Below, piece after piece: positions 9,767 to 17,719 of a stretch of 64,000 nucleotides of DNA. The notes under the pieces are model-generated. The model was not told the DNA's origin. It saw only the letters and a list, made by a program, of their open reading frames with translations, and searched no databases. The stretch is taken from the sequence record NC_061418.1. The stretch is one strand, 5' to 3'. Position 1 is the stretch's first letter. Each line of letters starts with the position of its first letter. The position numbers and the translations under genes were made by a program.

Positions 9767-9780
9767 TTGTTTCGTATGAC
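9767..9780 (+). promoter_or_regulatory. Putative late promoter
   Basis: TTGTTTCGTATGAC, identical to 7407..7420, 25 nt upstream of the ATG at 9805. Confidence 0.6.
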
Positions 9781-9804
9781 AATCCTCTTTCAGGAATAAA
9801 AAAC

Positions 9805-11763
9805 ATGTCTAATGAAACACAGAAAATTAGCGAGTTGCTCAATACGTCCATCATTTCAGAGAACACTATTCTTCCCGTAGTTGCTGCTGAAGGTGAGACC
9901 AATTCCATCGATATTATCACTTTACGCTCGGCGTTGTTATTTGATAAAGCGTTTGAGACTAACGCAGCGGGTAATGCAGCGACTAGTAAAAACGATTCTT
10001 ATTTTGTTTATACCGATGCCACCAAAACAGCCGTATTGGGCTGGATGAACCAAGGCGGGGATTCTTACTCGCCTCTCCTCGATATTAATGGTGCACAAAT
10101 CCGTTTTATTGCAGGTCAAACTATTCGAGGTCTGGATTATTTCACAAATGGAGTTAACTCGTTTGCGGATCTGAGAACACTGACTCCGTTGTATTCCGGG
10201 CAACGCATTAAATTAAAGGCTTGGACAGCGGGAGAAAAGACAGGCGGCGGTGAATTTATTGCTGTCTTCGGAACTGCGACTGACGATGCGGGCACTATCG
10301 CGGCCGGAAACGGCTTTTATTGGGAAAGAGTGATCAATGGTGGGCTAAATCCAGAGATGTTTGGTGCTATCGGAAACGGTGTAGTTGACGACAGTAATAG
10401 TTTATCTAAATTTCTACTGGCTTTAGCAAATAGAGCCAAATATTTAACCCCAATAACATTTGTTCCGGCCATAGGTTATCTCAACGGTATCTATAGAATA
10501 ACAAAGACTATTACTGTAGATGGCGGTAAAGTAAGATTAACTACCAACACTGTTGGTTGCATCTTTTGTGACCCTACAGGGACTTACGAAAGTACCGGAT
10601 GTATTAAAGTAACCAATAATTACCTTAACTCTGCTTTTGTTGGACAGTACGCAGCACTATTTGAAAATATTTCTTTCGTCAGTACAGGAAGAACACTCAC
10701 CGCAATTTACGCTGTGAGGGGAGATGCTGTGAGCGGTAATAACGGTGCGTGTCTTCATAATGTTTTTAAATGTTCGTTTAAAGGCTTCAGTAAAATTTTT
10801 ACACATGGACCTGGCGGTTGGGGTTGGAACTGGGCAGGTTGTCAATTTTCTGATAGTACCAATTTGATGGTAATTGAGGATCAAGACGACACTTATGAAA
10901 GGCATAGTTTTGATGGATGTATTTTCCAAAACGGAGGGGTTGCATTTACAATAAATAACCCCGATGGGAAAGTCTATTGGAAAAATGGTTCTATGGACTA
11001 CTGCACCGGCGCAGCTACAATTACCGCCGGTTTCATAGAACTTAATGGTCATTTCGAGTGGACAGCCAGAACCGTAGATTTCATTACACTTTTATCAAGT
11101 AATGCGGCTGCTTCTATCTCGGGTGCAATGTTTATTCGTAACAATACTTCTGGTTCTACCTATTACGTCATTAATCAATACCAAGATAAGCAAGTAAAAG
11201 TAGATAATTTGGTCGTTATATCTGACGGTAATTACATTGCCAATGGAGTACTCTCAAATAGAGAGTTGTTAAAGGGAACAATTTTTGCGCAGAACGACGC
11301 GTCTAAATCTGTGCTCTATCACTCCTCTGATGAAAATCTGATATCGGGAACTACGTCTTACCCTCAAGTAACTTTAACTAACACCACTCAGTTTTCTTAT
11401 TCGGTGGCTGATGGTTCTTTGACGATTAGTTGTTCTGCGGGCGGACAAAGTGGTTTTCTTTACTTAGATGTCCCGGTAAATAATAAAAAATTCTACGCTT
11501 ATAAAATGACGGCGAGTAATACGTCTAATGGTTCTGTGTTCCTAGAAAAAACCGTATTGAATGCAAATAAAGATACGATAAGAACCGATACCAGTTCAGG
11601 TACTACCAGCTGGGCAGCAGGCTCTAGTTCGGTGGCAGGAGGTACTGTGACTCTTTTATCTTTACCTGCGGCGGCGGCTTTTATACGAATTAGATTTAAT
11701 CTCTCAAGTATGACAACAGGAAGTACGTTTACTATCAGTTCATTGAAAACTTTCACTTTTTAA
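9805..11763 (+). CDS. Tailspike E / depolymerase
   Basis: Start moved to the ATG at 9805. Anchor (KISEL..FDKAF), neck, PEMFGAIGNGVVDDS (Pectate_lyase_3-like), beta-helix repeats and a C-terminal beta-sandwich. Confidence 0.88.
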   Translation: MSNETQKISELLNTSIISENTILPVVAAEGETNSIDIITLRSALLFDKAFETNAAGNAATSKNDSYFVYTDATKTAVLGWMNQGGDSYSPLLDINGAQIRFIAGQTIRGLDYFTNGVNSFADLRTLTPLYSGQRIKLKAWTAGEKTGGGEFIAVFGTATDDAGTIAAGNGFYWERVINGGLNPEMFGAIGNGVVDDSNSLSKFLLALANRAKYLTPITFVPAIGYLNGIYRITKTITVDGGKVRLTTNTVGCIFCDPTGTYESTGCIKVTNNYLNSAFVGQYAALFENISFVSTGRTLTAIYAVRGDAVSGNNGACLHNVFKCSFKGFSKIFTHGPGGWGWNWAGCQFSDSTNLMVIEDQDDTYERHSFDGCIFQNGGVAFTINNPDGKVYWKNGSMDYCTGAATITAGFIELNGHFEWTARTVDFITLLSSNAAASISGAMFIRNNTSGSTYYVINQYQDKQVKVDNLVVISDGNYIANGVLSNRELLKGTIFAQNDASKSVLYHSSDENLISGTTSYPQVTLTNTTQFSYSVADGSLTISCSAGGQSGFLYLDVPVNNKKFYAYKMTASNTSNGSVFLEKTVLNANKDTIRTDTSSGTTSWAAGSSSVAGGTVTLLSLPAAAAFIRIRFNLSSMTTGSTFTISSLKTFTF

Positions 11764-11770
11764 CAGACAT

Positions 11771-11798
11771 AGACAGAGGAGCAGAAGCTCCTCTGTCT
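11771..11798. terminator. Terminator between convergent genes
   Basis: Perfect 12-bp stem AGACAGAGGAGC/GCTCCTCTGTCT followed by TTATTTT. Confidence 0.85.
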
Positions 11799-11806
11799 TA
11801 TTTTCT

Positions 11807-12373
11807 TTATTCGTCGGTTTGTTCAACCAAAATGAATTTGCTGTCTTCGGTGTTAATCGCTTTACCGGATTCGGTAAGCAGAGAACCACGAGGAATCTTA
11901 CTACCGCCACTACACGTGACGTCAAGGTTACCTGACCAAACGTGACTATTATAAGTCGTACCAGCTTTGGTCTGGATAGTCACAACCGCGGTTTCTCCGG
12001 ACGGAATGAACGGCAGGTAATCGTCCGCATTCGCAATATCTTCAACGTCAATATAGAGACTGTATTTTGCTTTGATCAACGGTAAAAGATCAGCGATTGT
12101 CGATGCTGTTTCCGGCAGGACTAAAGTAGGGCCAACCGACGCCATCAGTTTGTTCAGTTCGATACGGGTGTAAGTAAAGGTCTTACTCCCGGTTACCGGA
12201 GAACGACCTGTAACGAGCACGGAGACACGATCTTCTGTACCCGGTACCGTAGAACCAGTGATGTTACCAAAGCTCAGGTAGCTGGCGTTGAGCGGCGTAG
12301 TGAGGTTATTCTGCTGACTGATCAGATCAGCGAGAATCTCGTATTTGGGACGACCGAATAAATCGACGTACAT
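11807..12373 (-). CDS. Virion structural protein, putative tailspike adaptor
   Basis: 188 aa. The N-terminal ~150 aa resemble the small domain seen in phiKZ-like virion proteins (TFTYTRIEL motif); C-terminal LLTESGKAINTEDSKFILVE motif. Confidence 0.6.
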   Translation of the reverse strand: MYVDLFGRPKYEILADLISQQNNLTTPLNASYLSFGNITGSTVPGTEDRVSVLVTGRSPVTGSKTFTYTRIELNKLMASVGPTLVLPETASTIADLLPLIKAKYSLYIDVEDIANADDYLPFIPSGETAVVTIQTKAGTTYNSHVWSGNLDVTCSGGSKIPRGSLLTESGKAINTEDSKFILVEQTDE

Positions 12374-12422
12374 TGTGTATACTCCATCTTAATTTTGTAA
12401 GCTTACACAGTAATGCGTGCTA

Positions 12423-12809
12423 TCACCAAATCGGCTCGCCACGATCAATAAACTGAATTCTTTCTTTTCTACAGAGTTTTTCTAAGATATCTTTTAAGAG
12501 GTGACGATGACAGAAGCAGTCGTGTTTACAATAGCAGGCTAAACAAATTCGTTCCTGATTAATCAACCACAGCCACGGTTCCGGATTTTTGATAAACCGT
12601 TCACGGGTCAACCGGTAATAGATATCAACGTATTCCGCTTCACTGACAATGCCTTGCTTAAATGGCCAGAGTAATTCTGGAGTGGGTGCAAAGTCTTTTA
12701 TTCCGCTTTTTAAGGTGGTATCGACAAAGACAATATCCAGTCCTTCCCAAACTCGCCAATCTGGTATTCTGCCTGTCCATACTTCGAGTTGCTTGAATGA
12801 ACGAAACAT
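12423..12809 (-). CDS. DUF488-like protein
   Basis: Start moved to the ATG at 12809 (GGAGGAG RBS). FAPTPELL..FK..Y and LACYCKHDCFCHRHLL motifs match the DUF488 pattern. Confidence 0.7.
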   Translation of the reverse strand: MFRSFKQLEVWTGRIPDWRVWEGLDIVFVDTTLKSGIKDFAPTPELLWPFKQGIVSEAEYVDIYYRLTRERFIKNPEPWLWLINQERICLACYCKHDCFCHRHLLKDILEKLCRKERIQFIDRGEPIW

Positions 12810-12873
12810 CTCTCCTCCGTTCAATGAAACCAAAAAAAACAATGAGACGATTAACCTGCTTAGGTCAAAAGAC

Positions 12874-13395
12874 CTAAGCATAGAAGTTTAACCATTCCAG
12901 AAAACGCCGGCTGCGTTTTTCGATATTCCCCTCAACTGGGTATCTTGATGCGTAATCTTCGTTGAGGGTCAGCGGATAAAACTCCGGGTCTCTCTCGGTG
13001 GCGTACATTAAATGGAGTACGTAATGCCGAGTCCCGTAAACGTCCAGGAAGGTCCAGAGTACATAACGTTGAAATGCGTGCTTAAACGTATCCAGTCTCA
13101 GCTTTTTGAACAGTCGATAAAATTCCGTGATATCGATTTTAAGCGCTTCGAGACTGGTGACCTGCACCGGGACACCGAGTTGAAGCGATAACCGGAATCC
13201 CCGGCAACGATATTCCCTCGCATTCATTCCCAGATATTCAATGATCAGTTTAGACCCGATGCGTTTATACGTTATATCCGTGGTCGCACGTGTCGTTTCA
13301 CCTACACGTCTACCGAAGGTGGTGGTGTCAATTCGATATTTTGCCAGGTCTTCTACGGCTTTCAGAAAGGACAATTTACTGACTTTGAGGCGCAT
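12874..13395 (-). CDS. Hypothetical protein
   Basis: 173-aa ORF with a GAGAG RBS; same strand as its neighbours. Confidence 0.7.
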   Translation of the reverse strand: MRLKVSKLSFLKAVEDLAKYRIDTTTFGRRVGETTRATTDITYKRIGSKLIIEYLGMNAREYRCRGFRLSLQLGVPVQVTSLEALKIDITEFYRLFKKLRLDTFKHAFQRYVLWTFLDVYGTRHYVLHLMYATERDPEFYPLTLNEDYASRYPVEGNIEKRSRRFLEWLNFYA

Positions 13396-13410
13396 AGTTT
13401 CTCTCTTCGA

Positions 13411-13443
13411 AAAATAAAAGAAAGAGAGGCCAGCGCCTCTCTT
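13411..13443 (-). terminator. Terminator, near-identical to 16930..16962
   Basis: Stem AAGAGAGGC/GCCTCTCTT plus an A-tract (T-tract on the minus strand); 32 of 33 nt identical to the copy at 16930. Confidence 0.85.
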
Positions 13444-13448
13444 GATAA

Positions 13449-14000
13449 TTACGCTCTGACCTGTTTCAGCCAGGCGTCGTCGAGACCCGCTACTGCCGCG
13501 GTTTTACGATTAACGTACTCGGTCAGGTCTGGGTCGTGGCGCGTCACCAGGAAATGGAGGGCACGCAGACCGGCTAACCAGAAATCGGTTTCGAGGAATT
13601 TGTATTCGCACGCCGGATGCAGGACAGTGAATTCCCAGCATTCCGCTTCATCAGATTCCGTTTCCGTCACGTTACGGTATTTGATCTGGCCGCTGGTTGA
13701 TTCCAGATAACGGTTAACGGCATGGATTGACAATGCGTGACCTTTAGGGACATCGAAGCCCAAACCGATGAACAGTGAATGAGTCAGAGACATCTTGGAG
13801 ATACGATCAACGTAATCTTCGTGTTTGGTGATGATCTCTTCTTTGCTCAGCGGGGTTTCGCCGTCTTTGATGATTTCCGGGTAAGAGGAATCAACCAGCA
13901 CGAAGTCTTCGTGTTTGAAATCCTTCAGGACTTCCTGTTTCATTTCGCTGTCAATAGCTGCGGCGGCAGAGATTGCTTCGTTTACAACGGTGTTTTCCAT
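13449..14000 (-). CDS. Hypothetical protein
   Basis: 183-aa acidic ORF with an AGGT RBS and a terminator downstream. Confidence 0.75.
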   Translation of the reverse strand: MENTVVNEAISAAAAIDSEMKQEVLKDFKHEDFVLVDSSYPEIIKDGETPLSKEEIITKHEDYVDRISKMSLTHSLFIGLGFDVPKGHALSIHAVNRYLESTSGQIKYRNVTETESDEAECWEFTVLHPACEYKFLETDFWLAGLRALHFLVTRHDPDLTEYVNRKTAAVAGLDDAWLKQVRA

Positions 14001-14030
14001 TTGATAATTAACCTAATTGAAAGAAAAGAA

Positions 14031-14053
14031 AAAGCGGGGAATTTCCCCGCTTT
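14031..14053 (-). terminator. Intrinsic terminator
   Basis: Stem AAAGCGGGGA/TCCCCGCTTT with a minus-strand T-tract after the 14077 stop. Confidence 0.8.
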
Positions 14054-14076
14054 ATTAAACTACCTGGCCGCCGAAA

Positions 14077-14538
14077 TTAATCGGACAGTTCGGAAGTTTT
14101 GGATTCGATCATACGGCGAACTGCGACGTGATCTTCGCGCTCTTTACGGCGATACGCCACGGTCACCGACGGGTCTTTCATGGTGCCGTCAGCCTTTTTA
14201 CCGGTCGGCGGAGTATAGTTAACCGCAACGCCTGTTTTACCCGTCTGGATAACACCCCAAACGCGTTTGGTGTCGCGATGAGTTTTCAGGTGATCGATGG
14301 CTTTAGGGCCGGCGTTATGCAGCAGCGCAGTAGCGAACAGGCTTTCATATTCCTGAACCGCTTCGATCTTGTCTTTGATATCCGCCGGCGCGTTATCCAT
14401 GAAACAGTCTACGCCTTCTTTCTGCGAGATGGTTCCATGTTCTGAGACGAAAATGCTGTCGCCGATTTTAGCGGAAAGGTCCAGTACCTCTTTAGAAATT
14501 TCCAGTACGGTTTCTTTCTTTTCTTTTACATCTGACAT
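14077..14538 (-). CDS. Hypothetical protein
   Basis: 153-aa ORF with a GAGG RBS and its own terminator. Confidence 0.75.
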   Translation of the reverse strand: MSDVKEKKETVLEISKEVLDLSAKIGDSIFVSEHGTISQKEGVDCFMDNAPADIKDKIEAVQEYESLFATALLHNAGPKAIDHLKTHRDTKRVWGVIQTGKTGVAVNYTPPTGKKADGTMKDPSVTVAYRRKEREDHVAVRRMIESKTSELSD

Positions 14539-14675
14539 TTGTATTTCCTCAATTGAGTGTGTTTCGATGAGATTAATGAGAACTGCAGTTCTACTACTTC
14601 ACTATCGACCGATGATCAGTTCGGCGCGATGGGAATTTTATCTTTAGCGCCGAGTATCTTTGAGTTTAACTCAAC

Positions 14676-15074
14676 TTACTCAGCTTCTTTCTGTCCTTGG
14701 AGTTTCCACCGCGGGATTGAAGGGTTCGTAGAAGCTTCGATATAATCTACGAGGGCCGTGTTTACGTAAAAAAGATTACGATAAACATAAACCCAATCAA
14801 TCGATACGCGTCTGTACTCTTTAGCACCTTTATTAGAAATAAGATGCCCTGTTTCGGAGATAATGCACGAGATAGCTCGAGTTAATTCAAAATCGTTAAT
14901 TTTGCTATCAAGTACCCGAACTGACGCTATTACTTGTTCAAGTAATTTAAGATGCGCGAACTGGCCAAAGCGTCCTTCGGGTAGAATAATAAAGTCAGCT
15001 ACCCGAAGACGGAGATCAGCTACCTGGTTTATAGCTGTAATAAAATCGTTTTGAACGGAATTTTCTTCAAGCAT
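14676..15074 (-). CDS. Hypothetical protein (putative early gene)
   Basis: 132 aa; AAGGAG RBS; TATATCAC motif upstream. Confidence 0.7.
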   Translation of the reverse strand: MLEENSVQNDFITAINQVADLRLRVADFIILPEGRFGQFAHLKLLEQVIASVRVLDSKINDFELTRAISCIISETGHLISNKGAKEYRRVSIDWVYVYRNLFYVNTALVDYIEASTNPSIPRWKLQGQKEAE

Positions 15075-15124
15075 GTCTCACTCCTTTTAATGATTGAAAG
15101 GTAGATTTCTCTACCTTATTTCAA

Positions 15125-15136
15125 TAGAGTGATATA
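15125..15136 (-). promoter_or_regulatory. Putative early (vRNAP) promoter
   Basis: TATATCACTCTA on the minus strand, identical to 51323..51334; resembles the phiKZ early consensus TATATTAC. Confidence 0.55.
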
Positions 15137-15145
15137 GATGTTAAA

Positions 15146-15877
15146 TTAGTTTGAAATGGCACCGAGACATTCAAACAGATAGCCGGTCATGAATTCTGCC
15201 GAGGTAGGCTTCGTGTATTGGCCGGTGCTGTTATCGGAACGGATAATAGTTTGGTAGATGTTACCAAACGTCGTGGCGTTACTGTCGTCAAATAACACCT
15301 TAAACAGCCCCTGATGGATCGCAGCGTAAAGGTCAGTAGCTTTTACCGCTTCCGTTACAAAGTCGCTCACAAAGCTGTCTACTTCGTTATACTGATCAAC
15401 AAGTAACGGGTGAGCGTTCTTCAGGAGGAAGTAAAACTCTTTCGCCAACGACGTCAGTAATTCACTCCGTTTGTCTTCATTACTGAGGTAGATTTTATAC
15501 AGCTCATTACTGTAACCGGTCACCCAATTGGTACCGACAGTACGCGCTTCTTCGCGGAATTTCGTTTCCGGTTTCAGGTAATATCCGATCCCTTCGGTCA
15601 GGGAAAGGTAGGTCAGTGCATCTGGGTTATCGATCGGCGCATTCAGGTAAAGGACATTTCCTTCAACGCGATACGTTTCAACGCTCGGGTCGATGACGAT
15701 TTCCACGTTTTCGAGTTGATACTTTTCACCGATAGCATGGACGCCGTACACGAAGACTTGACCCGGGACAATCACTCCTTCGATAGTTTCCTTCACCGCC
15801 TGTGCTAAAGCAACTAGACGTTGGGTTTCACTGGCGTTGAGACCCTTGATGCCGTTGAGCAGACTAGATGGTTGCAT
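15146..15877 (-). CDS. Hypothetical protein
   Basis: 243-aa ORF with a GAGGTG RBS. Confidence 0.75.
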   Translation of the reverse strand: MQPSSLLNGIKGLNASETQRLVALAQAVKETIEGVIVPGQVFVYGVHAIGEKYQLENVEIVIDPSVETYRVEGNVLYLNAPIDNPDALTYLSLTEGIGYYLKPETKFREEARTVGTNWVTGYSNELYKIYLSNEDKRSELLTSLAKEFYFLLKNAHPLLVDQYNEVDSFVSDFVTEAVKATDLYAAIHQGLFKVLFDDSNATTFGNIYQTIIRSDNSTGQYTKPTSAEFMTGYLFECLGAISN

Positions 15878-15949
15878 GGCTACACCTCAATAAGTTTTAC
15901 GTTTACATAGTAGGAACGGTAACTGTAAGGTTTGAAATGTTACAGCATA

Positions 15950-15975
15950 GAGAGGAGGGCGTCTGCCCTCCTCTC
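15950..15975 (-). terminator. Intrinsic terminator
   Basis: Stem GAGAGGAGGGC/GCCCTCCTCTC. Confidence 0.75.
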
Positions 15976-15981
15976 ATCTGG

Positions 15982-16143
15982 TTAATGTCTCTGCGGTTTA
16001 TTTGTCGGCGTAGGAAGTGTTACTCCTTTAAACCGACATTCTTTGTAAACATTGCGTAAAAAGCGTTGGCGGTCTTCTTCACGTTGTTTCTCGATTCGTT
16101 CGTCACCAGGGAATCTGGCGATATAGCAGGGGCGTTTCACCAT
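15982..16143 (-). CDS. Small basic protein (53 aa), below the ORF-track cutoff
   Basis: AAAAGGTG RBS, ATG at 16143, MVKRPCYIARFPGDERIEKQREEDRQRFLRNVYKECRFKGVTLPTPTNKPQRH; fills the gap between the 16182 gene and the terminator. Confidence 0.55.
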   Translation of the reverse strand: MVKRPCYIARFPGDERIEKQREEDRQRFLRNVYKECRFKGVTLPTPTNKPQRH

Positions 16144-16181
16144 AGCGTTCACCTTTTGTTCATGTGGGCTTTACCGGCCCG

Positions 16182-16859
16182 TTAGACAGTCGGGTTACTC
16201 TTGCTCGTTATCCACTGACTCGCAAGTGTTTTGAGTGATCCGCCGCGATCGACGAAGACACTCAAATTACTGTTGTCAGTGTAGACTACATTGCGGTCTT
16301 CGCTATTGACGGTAGCGGAGACAATGACATGGTTTCCTTTCACAAGTGCATTTTCGCTTATGATAGTACGAAGCGTGTAACCCACGATATCAATAAGATC
16401 AGACAACTGCTTATAGCGGTATTGTCCATCGTTGGTTGTGTCCTCTTCGTAGTCAGTACGTAAGGATTCGAATAAATAGTATCCTACCCACAGCGATGCC
16501 ACCGCGTAGATACTCGGGTTAAAAACGTTGTCGAGTCGGGGAAGGAGACTATAGTGGTACAAAGTCGTCACGCCGTAACCCAGATTTGCCAACATGTTAA
16601 GAACAAATCCATCCGGGAGGGCGTTGATCTTGGCGTCAATTCCTGGAAATTTAGTTCCCAGGTGACTGATAAGACGGGAGCGTACTTCCGTTTCTCGCAT
16701 ATTGATTGGCCAAGATAAAATAGGAACTTGCTTAAACGGTTTATTCTCGCCTGCAAAATCCGAAGCACTCGGCGTTCTTGTCCAAGGAGTTAATAACTCA
16801 ATCGACTGGATAATAGCAGGGAGCGTACTGTCGTCGTAAATTCCAACTGAAGTGGGCAT
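16182..16859 (-). CDS. Hypothetical protein
   Basis: 225-aa ORF with a GAGAGGA RBS. Confidence 0.75.
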   Translation of the reverse strand: MPTSVGIYDDSTLPAIIQSIELLTPWTRTPSASDFAGENKPFKQVPILSWPINMRETEVRSRLISHLGTKFPGIDAKINALPDGFVLNMLANLGYGVTTLYHYSLLPRLDNVFNPSIYAVASLWVGYYLFESLRTDYEEDTTNDGQYRYKQLSDLIDIVGYTLRTIISENALVKGNHVIVSATVNSEDRNVVYTDNSNLSVFVDRGGSLKTLASQWITSKSNPTV

Positions 16860-16929
16860 GATAAATCCTCTCTTCGTAATAAGTGTCTCTTAAATTAAAT
16901 CAGATTTTAAGTATTATCATAAAACTAAG

Positions 16930-16962
16930 AAAATAAAAGAAAGAGAGGCCAACGCCTCTCTT
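16930..16962 (-). terminator. Terminator after the prohead protease
   Basis: Stem AAGAGAGGC/GCCTCTCTT plus A-tract; near-identical to 13411..13443. Confidence 0.85.
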
Positions 16963-16968
16963 TTCTAT

Positions 16969-17715
16969 TTACCAACGTGCAACCAGACCACTTTTCCCGG
17001 AAAGTAAGGTAGCGCGATCTAAGTTACGAATCGCATCAATCGTCCCTTTAAAACTGGACTCTACCGAAACCAGACTTTTATCTTCCGCCATACTACGAAT
17101 GATTGCCGGTTGAACCGGAACCACCAACGCCGATTCGCAAGACGGCGACATGTATTTGTTCGCAACAGAAAGACCCGGTTCGTTAACGAGATCCCAGGTG
17201 ATGATGTTATCAACGTACTTACGTACCTTCCCGCCCACGACTCTGTCGGTCGCCATGCTGCGAATACTGAAGGCCAGATTCTCGTCCGGGTTAGCCATGA
17301 TTTTATCAAAGTCATCACGACGTGCACCAGTAGAACAGACTTCGCCCATGATCGCGCAAATGCGCTGACCATTCGGTAACACGAAGTTCGGTACTACCCA
17401 AACTTTACGGATATGGATCGCCCAGTTCCGCTCATCAATCGTGTGGATGCGCTGAATGAACTTACGGTAGTCAGGGTAGTCATACTCTTTTGGATGACCC
17501 CACTCACCACGCAAATACCCTTCGTTAATCCGCTTCTGGAACAAGCCGTTTGCAGCGAGGATACGTTCTACACGCTGCTGGTCATAAACTGCCCCGATGC
17601 TGTTATCAAACTCTAACGCACCCAGGATAACTTCCAGGTAGTTATTATCGAGGCGTTTAATGTTACCGACCCGGTTCACTCCTTTCAGCGCCGTTACTTC
17701 AAATGACATTCCCAT
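16969..17715 (-). CDS. Prohead (head maturation) serine protease, phiKZ gp175 / SPN3US gp245-like
   Basis: GEWGHP (His), FSIRS (Ser) and TWDLVNEPG (Asp) motifs of the T4 gp21/HK97-type prohead protease fold. Start set at the ATG at 17715 (GGTGA RBS, 4 nt after the upstream stop). Confidence 0.9.
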   Translation of the reverse strand: MGMSFEVTALKGVNRVGNIKRLDNNYLEVILGALEFDNSIGAVYDQQRVERILAANGLFQKRINEGYLRGEWGHPKEYDYPDYRKFIQRIHTIDERNWAIHIRKVWVVPNFVLPNGQRICAIMGEVCSTGARRDDFDKIMANPDENLAFSIRSMATDRVVGGKVRKYVDNIITWDLVNEPGLSVANKYMSPSCESALVVPVQPAIIRSMAEDKSLVSVESSFKGTIDAIRNLDRATLLSGKSGLVARW

Positions 17716-17719
17716 GATT

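Noticed and set aside
519-11763. Possible invertible or shufflon-type switching of tailspikes, given the mixed orientation
   Set aside because: No recombinase or invertase in the window and no long identical crossover sites; the shared modules differ at many synonymous positions.
15540-15610. LSLTEGIGYYL in the 243-aa protein as a degenerate HExxH metalloprotease motif
   Set aside because: Both histidines are missing; too weak to call.
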